From positions 2,144,001-2,208,000 of the forward strand of contig CBDCSU010000006.1 of NCBI GenBank assembly GCA_965221775.1: a stretch of 64,000 nt of DNA, given 5' to 3'. The DNA comes from Candidatus Latescibacterota bacterium. Lineage in GTDB: Bacteria > Latescibacterota > UBA2968 > UBA8231. Positions 45,813-55,036 of the stretch are shown one piece after another; within the stretch, counting starts at the first letter, position 1; every line of letters begins with the position of its first letter. A program made the translations under genes and the position numbers. Under the pieces are notes generated by a model. That model was not told the DNA's origin. It saw only the letters and a program-made list of their open reading frames with translations, and made no database searches.

Positions 45813-47246
45813 ATGGACTTCGACGCCTACGATCTCGATCCCGCGATCTACGACGAGATGTTCCTGCCCGACGGCACGCCGCGCGGGCACTTCCAGCCTC
45901 TGCACGATACCCTGAGGCAGCTCTCTGCGGAGGAAGCGGGGCGGATCCAGGAGCGGGTGACGCGCTCCTTCTCCAACGAGGGTATCACCTTCACCGTCTA
46001 CGGCGACGAAGAGGCGGACGAGCGCATCATCCCCGTGGACTGCGTTCCACGCATCCTCTCCGCCGAGGAGTGGCTGCACCTGGAGGCGGGGCTCACCCAG
46101 CGCCTGGCCGCCCTGAACCGCTTTCTGGAGGACGTGTACGGGGGGGCCCGCATCATCGCCGACGGCGTGGTCCCCGCCGACCTGGTGCGCGGCTGCCCCC
46201 AGTACCGCGTCGAGATGTGCGGGGTCCCGGTTCCCCACGGCACCTGGGTCGCCGTCTGCGGCACCGACCTGGTGCGTACCAACGATGGCTGGCGGGTGCT
46301 CGAGGACAACCTGCGGGTGCCCTCCGGGGTGTCCTACATGATCGCCAACCGCAAGGTGGTCAAGTCGAGCCTGCGCCGCCTCTACCGCGACTGCCGGGTG
46401 CGGGAGGTCGAGCAGTACGGGCAGGTGCTGCTCGAGACCCTTCGCGAGCTGGCCCCCGATGGACGCTCCGACCCCTGCATCGCCCTGCTCACCCCCGGAG
46501 TCGCCAACTCGGCCTTCTACGAGCACATCTTCCTGGCCCAGGAGATCGGAGCTACTCTCGTCGAAGGCCGCGACCTGCTGGTCAACGACGGTTTCGTCTA
46601 CATGCGCACCACCGAAGGGCTGCGACGGGTGGACGTCATCTACCGCCGCGTGGACGACGACTTCATCGATCCCCTCGTCTTCCGCCCCGATTCCCTCCTC
46701 GGAGTGCCGGGGCTGATGCACGCCTGCAAGAGCGGGCACGTGGCCCTGGCCAACGCCCCGGGGACGGGGGTGGCCGACGACAAGAGCGTCTACGCCTTCG
46801 TCCCCGACATGATCCGCTATTACCTCGGCGAGGAGCCGGTCCTCGCCAACGTCGAGACCTACCTGTGCCGAAGGCCTCGCGACCTGGAGTACACCCTCGA
46901 CAACCTGCAGGACCTCGTCGTCAAGCGGGTGGGCGAGTCCGGGGGCTACGGCATGCTCATCGGCCCCCATGCGACCGCGGAGGAGCGCGGCGCCTACGCC
47001 GAGGAGCTTCGCGCCGACCCGGCGGGATTCATCTCGCAACCGGTGCTGGCCCTGTCGCGCGCGCCCTGCTGCATCGAGGGCCGCCCGGAGGCGCGCCACG
47101 TCGACCTGCGCCCCTTCATCCTCCACGGCCGCGAGACCCGCATCGTTCCCGGGGCCTTCTGCCGGGTGGCGCTGCGCCGGGGCAGCCTCGTGGTGAACTC
47201 GAGCCAGGGCGGCGGCGGCAAGGACCTCTGGGTACTGGAGAGCTGA
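45813..47246 (+). CDS. Circularly permuted type 2 ATP-grasp protein
   Basis: YDEM, GITFTVY, VLEDNLRVPSGVSY, LLTPG..NSAFYEH, VDVIYRRVDDDF.DPL, NAPGTGVADDK, HVDLRPF, VVNSSQGGGGKD.WV. Confidence 0.93.
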   Translation: MDFDAYDLDPAIYDEMFLPDGTPRGHFQPLHDTLRQLSAEEAGRIQERVTRSFSNEGITFTVYGDEEADERIIPVDCVPRILSAEEWLHLEAGLTQRLAALNRFLEDVYGGARIIADGVVPADLVRGCPQYRVEMCGVPVPHGTWVAVCGTDLVRTNDGWRVLEDNLRVPSGVSYMIANRKVVKSSLRRLYRDCRVREVEQYGQVLLETLRELAPDGRSDPCIALLTPGVANSAFYEHIFLAQEIGATLVEGRDLLVNDGFVYMRTTEGLRRVDVIYRRVDDDFIDPLVFRPDSLLGVPGLMHACKSGHVALANAPGTGVADDKSVYAFVPDMIRYYLGEEPVLANVETYLCRRPRDLEYTLDNLQDLVVKRVGESGGYGMLIGPHATAEERGAYAEELRADPAGFISQPVLALSRAPCCIEGRPEARHVDLRPFILHGRETRIVPGAFCRVALRRGSLVVNSSQGGGGKDLWVLES

Positions 47247-48221
47247 ATGCTCGCGCGCAGCGCCCAGGGACTCTACTGGATGGGCCGCTACCTCGAGCGG
47301 GCGGAACAGCTCTGCCGTCTGTTGCGGCTGCAGGTGGAGGCCCTGGTGGACCGGCCCGTGGAGGAGATCCACTACGGCTGGAGCCGGATCTACGCCGGCC
47401 TCGGCCGGCTGCCTCCGGGCGGGGACCTCGGCACCGGCGGCAGCGACGACTACGTCCTGGCCGACTCGTACACCCTCGCCGGGGATCTCACTTTCGAGCG
47501 CTCCAACCCCGATTCGGTGCGCCGCTGCTTCGCCCTGGGCCGCGAGAACGCCCGCCAGATGCGCAACTGCATCAGCGCCGAGATGTGGACCTGTCTCAAC
47601 CTCTCGTGGCTGCGCATCCGCGACCTCGGCATCGAGGACATCTGGAAGGTCTCGCCGGAGAGCTTCTACGCCGAGACCACCCGCCAGATCGACACCTTCC
47701 ATGGGGTCGCCGACGCGACCATGTACCGCGACGAGGGCTGGTGCTTCATGCGCATCGGGCGGTTCCTGGAGCGAGCCCAGCTCCTGGCGTCCTTCCTCCT
47801 GGCCCAGCTGGCCGAGCGCGACCAGGGCGGGACCTCCGACACCGGCTGGACGAGTCTGCTGCGCGCCTGCCAGGCCTTCGACACCTACAAGTCCAGCTAC
47901 AGCGTCGAGATCCAGGGGGACCGCGTGCTGGATCTGCTGGTCACCGATCCCCGGCTGCCCGGGTCCCTGTGCCGTTCCCTCGACGCCCTGGCCGCCGAGC
48001 TCGCGGCCACGGGTCCGGGCCCGGGCGCGAAAGCCGGGGCGGCGGCGGACCGGCTCTCCGGCCGGCTGTGCGCCCTGATCCGATACGAATGGCCGGACCG
48101 GGTGGAGCCGGAGGAAAGGGAGGAGCTGCTCTCCCAGGTTGGGGAACACTGCCGAGAACTCCACCAGCTCGTCACCGAGGCGTACATCGATTACGCCGTC
48201 GAGGACTCCCCGGTGCACTGA
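47247..48221 (+). CDS. Alpha-E domain protein
   Basis: MLARSA..LYWMGRYLERAE, RENARQ.R..IS.EMW, GRFLERA, P.S. Confidence 0.9.
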   Translation: MLARSAQGLYWMGRYLERAEQLCRLLRLQVEALVDRPVEEIHYGWSRIYAGLGRLPPGGDLGTGGSDDYVLADSYTLAGDLTFERSNPDSVRRCFALGRENARQMRNCISAEMWTCLNLSWLRIRDLGIEDIWKVSPESFYAETTRQIDTFHGVADATMYRDEGWCFMRIGRFLERAQLLASFLLAQLAERDQGGTSDTGWTSLLRACQAFDTYKSSYSVEIQGDRVLDLLVTDPRLPGSLCRSLDALAAELAATGPGPGAKAGAAADRLSGRLCALIRYEWPDRVEPEEREELLSQVGEHCRELHQLVTEAYIDYAVEDSPVH

Positions 48222-48225
48222 CGCA

Positions 48226-49209
48226 ATGACCGGAGCCGTCCGCTACGAGATCGAGCACGTCTCCCGCTACAGCTACGACAGCAGCGTGCGCCAGTGCGTG
48301 ATGCTGCTCTGTCTGGAGCCGCTGCAGGACCATCGGCAGCGGCTCCTCGACTTCGAGATCGAGACGAGTCCTGCCGCGTCCCTCAACCGCGAGTCGGACT
48401 GTTTCGGCAACGCCCGCCACCTCCTCGCTCTGCACCGGACGCACCGCGCCCTGGAGATCACCACCCGGGCCGCCGTCGACGCGGTCCCCGCTCCCGGGCT
48501 CCCGGAGCGTCTCGGGACCGGCGCCTGGGAGGAGACCCGCTCGGCGGTGGGTTCCTTCGCAGACTGGAGCTTCACGAGCCCGAGTGACCTTGTGCGGCCC
48601 TCGCCGGGTCTGGAGGCATTCGTCCAGCGGCATGGCATCGAGCCCGGCGGGGACCCCCTCGAGAGCCTGTCGAGGCTCTCGGACACCCTCCATCGCTGCC
48701 TGGAGTACATTCCGGGAAGCACCACGGCCGAGTCTTCGGTGGAGCACATCCTGGAGACCGGGCGCGGCGTCTGCCAGGACTACTCCCACCTCATGATCGC
48801 CATAGCGCGCTCCTGGGGGATCCCCTCCCGCTATGTCTCGGGTTACCTTCGCCAGGCTGCGGGCGACGGCGGACAGGCGCCGGTCAACGCTACCCACGCA
48901 TGGGTCGAGTGCCGGCTGCCCGGGCTCGGCTGGGTGGGCTTCGATCCGACCAACCAGAGCCGCGCCGGCGGCGGGGGGGAGGTGCGGATCGCCACCGGAC
49001 GGGACTACCGGGACGTGTCGCCCACCCGGGGGGTCCTGCGAGGCGGCGGCGGGATGAAGCTGGAGGTGGAGGTTCGGGTGGACGAGTCCGGTGGATCCCC
49101 GCCCCGCGGCACCGGCCACGGGGCCGCGGCGAGCCCCAACGGCTCTGACCGCGAGGTCGGGGTTGACATGCACCGTGGCGCTGCCATGGCGGCAGGCCCG
49201 GCATCGTGA
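48226..49209 (+). CDS. Transglutaminase-like protein (Bact_transglu_N + core)
   Basis: YEIEHVSRYSY, D.FGN, triad GVCQDYSH / THAWVE / GFDPTN, GRDYRDVSP. Confidence 0.92.
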   Translation: MTGAVRYEIEHVSRYSYDSSVRQCVMLLCLEPLQDHRQRLLDFEIETSPAASLNRESDCFGNARHLLALHRTHRALEITTRAAVDAVPAPGLPERLGTGAWEETRSAVGSFADWSFTSPSDLVRPSPGLEAFVQRHGIEPGGDPLESLSRLSDTLHRCLEYIPGSTTAESSVEHILETGRGVCQDYSHLMIAIARSWGIPSRYVSGYLRQAAGDGGQAPVNATHAWVECRLPGLGWVGFDPTNQSRAGGGGEVRIATGRDYRDVSPTRGVLRGGGGMKLEVEVRVDESGGSPPRGTGHGAAASPNGSDREVGVDMHRGAAMAAGPAS

Positions 49210-49232
49210 ACCTGGGAAGAGGAGGCATGGAC

Positions 49233-49697
49233 ATGCTCAAACGCATCATCGGCGCGTTCCTGGTGGCCATGGCGGTGGCCGTCGGCGTCCACACGGTCCT
49301 GGAGCCGCTCTACCACGTCTCCGAGGAAGGGCAGCCGTACAGCCCACTCTGGAGAATCCTCAATCCCCTGATGGCGATCGCCATCGCCCTCGGACTGGTA
49401 CTGGGCTACCAGCGCAAGCGGGGCATCGACCGCCAGGGAGACGAGGCCGGCGTGACCCGCGGCTACGTCGCCGCCAACCTCCAGTTCTACGGGTTCCTCT
49501 TCGTGGGCATCCTGTTCTACTGGAACTGGTTCAACCTGCTCATGCCGGCCTGGACCGCGCTCGGCGACGATACGGTCACCCTCGTGTGGATCCTCGTCGA
49601 CGCCATCCTGCCGCTGCTGACCGGTGCCGCGGGGGTCTCCCTGCTGCGCGCGGGACGGGAGGCCGGCCGGCCAGGAGAAGCAGAATCCTCTTCATGA
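49233..49697 (+). CDS. Hypothetical 4-TM membrane protein
   Basis: RBS GGAGG 7 nt before the ATG; four hydrophobic segments; GC3 bias. Confidence 0.75.
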   Translation: MLKRIIGAFLVAMAVAVGVHTVLEPLYHVSEEGQPYSPLWRILNPLMAIAIALGLVLGYQRKRGIDRQGDEAGVTRGYVAANLQFYGFLFVGILFYWNWFNLLMPAWTALGDDTVTLVWILVDAILPLLTGAAGVSLLRAGREAGRPGEAESSS

Positions 49698-49770
49698 GGC
49701 GTCTCGCTGCCGTCGTCACTCAGCAGACGTGGCGGCCCATCTATCTCAAGTGAGAGAGGGAGATCAAACC

Positions 49771-51024
49771 ATGCGGAGCCCGATCAGGAAACTTCGATTC
49801 GCCCTGGCCGTCGCCGTGCTGGTCTCGTGCGGCGGCGACGATGAACCGGTGGGCGGTGAGGTGGGCGCCGACGCCGTGGAGATCGGCGCCGGCGAGGCGG
49901 TGCAGATCCGCTCCCTCCTATCCATCACCGGGGCGGCGTCCCTCGGCGGGGCCCTGCGCTTCGGGTGCGAGCTGGCCGTGGCGGACTACGGCAGCGTCCA
50001 CGGTCACCCGGTCGATCTCGGCGAAGCGATGGACGCCATGTGCTCGCCGGAGGGGGGCCGCGCAGGCGCCGAGCAGGTCGCTGCCGACGCCCAGGTGCTG
50101 GGCGTCGTCGGCACCTCCTGCTCGGCGGCGGCGGTGGCCGCGTCGCCGGTGATCAGCGAGGCGGGACTGGTGATGGTCTCGCCGAGCAACACCTCCCCCA
50201 ACCTCACCTCCGATCTGGCCGGCAACGCCAGTTCCGATCACCACGCAGGCTACTTCCGCGTCTCCAACAACGACCTCTACCAGGCCCGGGCGGTGGCCGA
50301 CTTCGCCTACAATGAACTGGGCCTGCGGCGCATGGCCGCCGTCGACGACGGCGACCCGTACACCACGGCCCTGGTGAGCGCCTTCGCCTCGGCCTTCCGC
50401 GCGATTGGCGGAGAGGTTCCCGTCACCTCCACGATCGACAAGGGCGAGACCGACATGACCGCCGTCCTCGACGAATTCGCGGAGGCCGGCCCCGACGGCA
50501 TCTTCTTTCCCCTCTTCGAAGTCGAGGGCACGCCCTTCGCCGAGCAGGCGCGGACCTTCGACGGCCTGGAAGGGGCGACGCTGATCACCGGCGCGGCCCT
50601 CTTCGTCTCGGAGTTCCTCGGGACTCCGCAGTCGGAGGGCATGTACTTTGCGGGGCCGGAGACGGACCTCGGATCGAACGTCAACGAGTCGACGGGGAAG
50701 AGCGCGGGGGAGGTCCTCGCCGCCTTCGAGTCCGCGTACGGCGTCCCGTCTTCTCCCTACTGGGCCCACGCCTACGACGCCACGACGGTGCTGCTCAGCG
50801 CCATCGAATCCGCGGCCGAGGTAGACGGCGGCAGCATGCGCGTGGAGCGGGTGGCCCTGCGGGAGCAGCTCCGAGCGACGCGGGACTTCGGGGGCCTCAT
50901 CGGGACCCTCTCCTGCGACGACTTCGGCGACTGCGGCACCGGGCGAGTCAACATCTACCACCACACCGACCCGGGCGTGACGGACACGGCGAAGCTGCCG
51001 GTGGTCTACCGGTTCTCCCCATGA
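49771..51024 (+). CDS. LivJ-like (type I periplasmic) substrate-binding lipoprotein
   Basis: Lipobox VLVSC; VLGVVGTSCS, MVSPSNTSP.LT, YFRVSNND, AHAYDA, FGGLIG. Confidence 0.85.
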   Translation: MRSPIRKLRFALAVAVLVSCGGDDEPVGGEVGADAVEIGAGEAVQIRSLLSITGAASLGGALRFGCELAVADYGSVHGHPVDLGEAMDAMCSPEGGRAGAEQVAADAQVLGVVGTSCSAAAVAASPVISEAGLVMVSPSNTSPNLTSDLAGNASSDHHAGYFRVSNNDLYQARAVADFAYNELGLRRMAAVDDGDPYTTALVSAFASAFRAIGGEVPVTSTIDKGETDMTAVLDEFAEAGPDGIFFPLFEVEGTPFAEQARTFDGLEGATLITGAALFVSEFLGTPQSEGMYFAGPETDLGSNVNESTGKSAGEVLAAFESAYGVPSSPYWAHAYDATTVLLSAIESAAEVDGGSMRVERVALREQLRATRDFGGLIGTLSCDDFGDCGTGRVNIYHHTDPGVTDTAKLPVVYRFSP

Positions 51025-51219
51025 GCCGGACTCGCCATCGGCGGCGGTTTCCTCGACTCCGCGGCCGCTGGTGAGCCCACAGGTCCCGGCCCGTTGCGGG
51101 CCGTCCTGACAGGCCGCGCCCATCGGCCCGTCCCGATTTCAGCGCGCCGGCGCAGAGGGCATGGAGCACCAGCCTTTGCCGGGACCAATCGGCGGCTGAG
51201 TTCCGGAGAAGAGGATCAC

Positions 51220-52959
51220 TTGCCGCCACCCCAGGCAAACGAGCAGATCCACCACGACCCGGATGCAAGGTGCCCTCCGCTCCTTGCCATGGCCGTCGGG
51301 TTCCAGGGCATCATGATCGTGCTGGCCCCCACGGTGCTGATCGTGGCCATCACCGTTCGCGCCGCCGGCCACGACGAGAGCACCCTGTCGTGGGCGGTCT
51401 TCGCTGCACTGATCATCACCGGGGCGGCGACGGCCCTCCAGGCCGCCAGGGTCGGAAGGCTGGGCGGCGGCCACCTGCTCATCACCGGCGTCACGCCCAA
51501 CTTCATCGCCCTTTCTGTCCTGGCCCTGGAGGAGGGCGGGCCGAGCCTGCTGGCCAGTCTCGTGGTCGTTTCCTCCCTCTTCTACCTGGCCGTTGCGGCC
51601 TGGCTTCCGCTCCTGCGCCGGATCATCACGCCCGCCGTCTCCGGCACCGTGCTCATTCTGATCGCGGCCATGGTCCTGCCCATCGCTTTCGACCGGCTGA
51701 GCGAGGTGCCGGAGGGCGTGCCCGGGGCCGCGGGTCCGGCCGTTGCCGCGGTGACCCTCTTCGGAACGACGATGCTCATGCTGCGCGCCCCCGGACGCTG
51801 GCGGCCGTGGGCGCTGCTGATCGGGATCGCGGCGGGGTGCGCGGCGGCGGCGCCCTTCGGTCTGTACGACCTGGAGCCTCTGGCGGCGGCCCCCTGGGTC
51901 GGAGTTCCCGCCAGCGGGCTCCCGGAACTGAGCCTGACCCCCACCTCGGGGTTCTGGGCCCTGCTGCCGATGTTCCTGATCGTGGTCCTGGTGCAGGCCA
52001 TCAAGAACATCAGCGACGGCATGGTCGCTCAGCAGGTGGCCCGGCCGCGTCCGCGGGCGACCGATTACCGCCTGATCCAGGGCTCGATCTACGCCAACGG
52101 GGCGGGTATGCTGATGTCGGGCGTGGCCGGGACGCCGCCCACCACCTCCTACTCCTCCCTCACGGCCTCTCTCATCAGCCTCACGGGGGTGTCCGCTCGC
52201 CGCGTCGGCTATGCCATGGGAGGTCTCCTCATGGCGCTGGCCTTCCTGCCCAAGGTCTCCGGGGTGCTCCTGGCCATTCCCAGCCCCGTCATGGGGGGTT
52301 TTCTGCTGATGGCCCTCGGCCTGTTCTTCGTCGAGGGCATACAGACCCTGGCGCGGGCCGGCCTCGACAAGCAGAAGGCCCTCGTGGCGGGGGTGGCGTT
52401 CTCCATCGGCCTGGGCATGCAGCATCAGAGCATCTTCCAGGATCTGCTCGTCGGCCCCTGGGGGGATCTGCTGGGCAACGGCATGACTCTCGGCACGGCG
52501 GCGGTCATCGCTCTCACCGCCTTCGTGGAGCTCACCGGCCCCCGCCGCCGTCGCCTGGAAGTCGGGATGGATGCCGCCGAGCTGCCTCGACTCGACAGCT
52601 TCCTTCGCGAGATGGCCGGCAGGATGGGTTGGGGCGATGCCGCGGACGGAAGGCTGCGCTCCGCCGGGGAGGAGGCCTTCGCCAGCCTGCTGCAACACGA
52701 GCGGGAGCAGGAGTCGCGGGGGGAGGCCCATCGCCTGATCATCTCCGCTCGACCCGATGGCGAGTCCGTGGAGATGGAGTTCCTGGCCGTCTTCGACGAG
52801 GAGAACCTGGAAGACCGGCTGGCCTACCTGGACGAGGAGACCGAGAGCCCGGGGGAGGGGGAGCTATCCTTCCGCCTGCTGCGTCACTATGCGTCCTCGG
52901 TGCGGCACCAGAAGTACCACGGCCTGGACATCGTCACCGTGCGGGTCGAAGGCTCCTAG
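51220..52959 (+). CDS. NCS2 (xanthine/uracil) permease with C-terminal degenerate anti-sigma/HATPase-like domain (SupE-like)
   Basis: TTG after GAGGA; TALQA, RIITPAVSG.V, GTPPTTSYS, TGVSARRVG, FLPKV...LAIPSPVMGG; soluble tail of about 135 aa. Confidence 0.82.
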   Translation: MPPPQANEQIHHDPDARCPPLLAMAVGFQGIMIVLAPTVLIVAITVRAAGHDESTLSWAVFAALIITGAATALQAARVGRLGGGHLLITGVTPNFIALSVLALEEGGPSLLASLVVVSSLFYLAVAAWLPLLRRIITPAVSGTVLILIAAMVLPIAFDRLSEVPEGVPGAAGPAVAAVTLFGTTMLMLRAPGRWRPWALLIGIAAGCAAAAPFGLYDLEPLAAAPWVGVPASGLPELSLTPTSGFWALLPMFLIVVLVQAIKNISDGMVAQQVARPRPRATDYRLIQGSIYANGAGMLMSGVAGTPPTTSYSSLTASLISLTGVSARRVGYAMGGLLMALAFLPKVSGVLLAIPSPVMGGFLLMALGLFFVEGIQTLARAGLDKQKALVAGVAFSIGLGMQHQSIFQDLLVGPWGDLLGNGMTLGTAAVIALTAFVELTGPRRRRLEVGMDAAELPRLDSFLREMAGRMGWGDAADGRLRSAGEEAFASLLQHEREQESRGEAHRLIISARPDGESVEMEFLAVFDEENLEDRLAYLDEETESPGEGELSFRLLRHYASSVRHQKYHGLDIVTVRVEGS

Positions 52960-52977
52960 GGGGACGGCGGACTCAAC

Positions 52978-53889
52978 TCAGACCAGCTTCCTCTGCTCTA
53001 GGAACTCACGCACCACCGCGGCGCATTCCTCGGGCTGCTCGAGCTGCAGAAGGTGGGTCGCCTCGGGGAGGAAGTCGTACTCCACGCTCAGGATACCGCT
53101 GAGGTCCATGGTAGGCAGGTAGGAGTACGGCAGGGTGGGATCGGCGCCGAGGACCTTGATCGGGCCATGGAGCGTCTCGAAGTCCACGAGCACCGCAAAG
53201 GCACGGGCGAACTCCACGACCTGCGCCTCGTACTCGCGCGGACACCGAAGCTCATAGCCGTCTCCGGACGCGGATTCGCGCAACGTCGTCTTGGCCACGA
53301 GATCGAATACGCCGGGCACGGCGCGCTGGAAGATCGGGAGGAAGCCGAGGAGATCGACGAGCTGCTCCCTGGTCTGGAAGCGAGCGCTACGGCGCCGGGT
53401 CAGGGCCGTCGTACGCGCCACCGCCGCATCGAATTGCTCGTAGCTGTCGCCGGGCTTGCACAGGGGCGGATCGAACAGAAAGCACGCCGAGAATTCGCTG
53501 ACCCGGGTGGACGACAGCAGCGTCGTCAGCGCCGAAACCGAATGAAAGACACCGATCTTCGGTTTTTTGCCGAAGTGGCGATCGATGGCTTGAAGGATTC
53601 GGTCGTGATCACTGACGAAGGTCGGCACATTGTGGTTGTCCTGGGAGCTGACGGCATTCCAACCGTGGTTTCTGAGGTCGTAGATGATCAGGTCGAAGTC
53701 GTCGGCCAGGAGGGACCAGAAGGGGTAGTAGAGATCGATGGCGAGTCCGTTGCCGTGGCTCAGAACCAGCCGTGTCCCTTCCGGGTTTCCGTGACGGCGC
53801 AAAGTGATGACGGTGTCGGCGTCCACGGGAACATCCAGGGTGGACAGCGGCTCCGGGATCTCCCACAAGGCTTGTGCAGTCGCGGTCAA
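52978..53889 (-). CDS. Alpha/beta hydrolase (SupD-like)
   Basis: LVLSHGNG, YDLRNHG, GVFHSVSA nucleophile elbow, THLLQLEQP; TTG overlaps the PPTase stop. Confidence 0.82.
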   Translation of the reverse strand: MTATAQALWEIPEPLSTLDVPVDADTVITLRRHGNPEGTRLVLSHGNGLAIDLYYPFWSLLADDFDLIIYDLRNHGWNAVSSQDNHNVPTFVSDHDRILQAIDRHFGKKPKIGVFHSVSALTTLLSSTRVSEFSACFLFDPPLCKPGDSYEQFDAAVARTTALTRRRSARFQTREQLVDLLGFLPIFQRAVPGVFDLVAKTTLRESASGDGYELRCPREYEAQVVEFARAFAVLVDFETLHGPIKVLGADPTLPYSYLPTMDLSGILSVEYDFLPEATHLLQLEQPEECAAVVREFLEQRKLV

Positions 53890-54611
53890 TCCGGCGGCCC
53901 CTCGGGTGACTCGAGTTCGTGGGCAAGGGCGGCGGCGAACAACTCGTTGCCCAGGTCTTCCAGTCGCCATCTGACGTTCGGCAACTGCGGAAATCGAAAG
54001 GTGGCGCACGTCCCGCCCTGACGGAGGACCGGGGGAACCTCGAATCCGGCCATGTCCAGGGATAGGCCCGTCCCAAGGGCCTTGAGGAGCGCTTCCTTCA
54101 TCGTCCAGAGATGGTAGAACTGGTGGAGCTTCCGGCCCTCAACTGCCGTTGCGAGCTCCCCCCGTTCCCCCGGACCGAGGACGCTGCCAATCAGTCCATC
54201 GAGGTCGCCGCGGGGGAGGCGCTCCTCCACATCCACGCCCAGCCGGCCGGCCGGAGCCAGGGCGATCAGTCCATGGCCGCCGCCGTGGCTGACGTTGAAC
54301 TCGATGGCCGCCGGGGTCCCGTCGACGAGGGCAAAGGGCTTCCCGTGACCGGTGGCGGCGAAGGACAGCTGCCGGTTCTCACACCCGAGCTGGCCGCAGA
54401 GGACGGCCCGCAGCGCGGCCCGGCACAAGGCGAACCGGCGCCGAGGGCCCGCAAGCCGGTAGCCCTGCCAACGCGACCGCTCCGGCCCGTCGAGGTATGC
54501 CAGTGCGTCGGCCTCGCGGGCAGTGTGAGGCGAAAGATCGACGTAGGTGACCGCGGCCCTTCCGATGGTCCGGAAGGGACGCCACCAGCGCTCGTCAAGC
54601 GAGCGGGCCAT
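53886..54611 (-). CDS. Sfp-type 4'-phosphopantetheinyl transferase (SupC-like)
   Basis: HGKP, FNVSHG, LGVDVE, WTMKEALLKALGTGL; the start could be TTG at 54632. Confidence 0.9.
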   Translation of the reverse strand: MARSLDERWWRPFRTIGRAAVTYVDLSPHTAREADALAYLDGPERSRWQGYRLAGPRRRFALCRAALRAVLCGQLGCENRQLSFAATGHGKPFALVDGTPAAIEFNVSHGGGHGLIALAPAGRLGVDVEERLPRGDLDGLIGSVLGPGERGELATAVEGRKLHQFYHLWTMKEALLKALGTGLSLDMAGFEVPPVLRQGGTCATFRFPQLPNVRWRLEDLGNELFAAALAHELESPEGPPD

Positions 54612-54729
54612 TGGCCTGGGGCCCCCGTTCAAATGAAAACGGCGGCTTCCCGACCGGCCGTGTCGGCCCGCGTGGAAAGCCGCCGGTGATCCTGGCGGTG
54701 GACGCCCCGGATCGAGGCGATCCGCCAGA

Positions 54730-54966
54730 TCAGGCGTCGAGGAAATCGATCAGTTCCCGGACCGAGTTGATCTTCCCACAGTCTTCGGGAGAAAAGCTGA
54801 CATCGAATTCCTTCGCCACCACCCTCGCGAAGGCAACCAGATCGACGGAGGAAATGCCTGCCGCGAGAAGGCTGGAGTTCAGGTCCTCCGGCAGTTCCAC
54901 AGGTTTTCCGTCAACTTCGAGGTTGTCCTGGATGAGCTTGCGGACGCGATCTTCGGTCGAGGCCAT
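54730..54966 (-). CDS. Stand-alone acyl carrier protein (SupB-like)
   Basis: 78 aa acidic protein, LLAAGISSVDLVAF, EFDVSF.PED..KI.SV.ELIDFL; RBS GAAAGGA. Confidence 0.8.
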   Translation of the reverse strand: MASTEDRVRKLIQDNLEVDGKPVELPEDLNSSLLAAGISSVDLVAFARVVAKEFDVSFSPEDCGKINSVRELIDFLDA

Positions 54967-55036
54967 GTGGGTGATCCTTTCCCAATGAGTGGATGTCCGA
55001 AGGTAGAAAAAAGATAGAAGGAGGGGCAGGTCGATT

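Noticed and set aside
45732-48218. 828-aa minus-strand ORF
   Set aside because: Antisense shadow of the ATP-grasp and alpha-E genes
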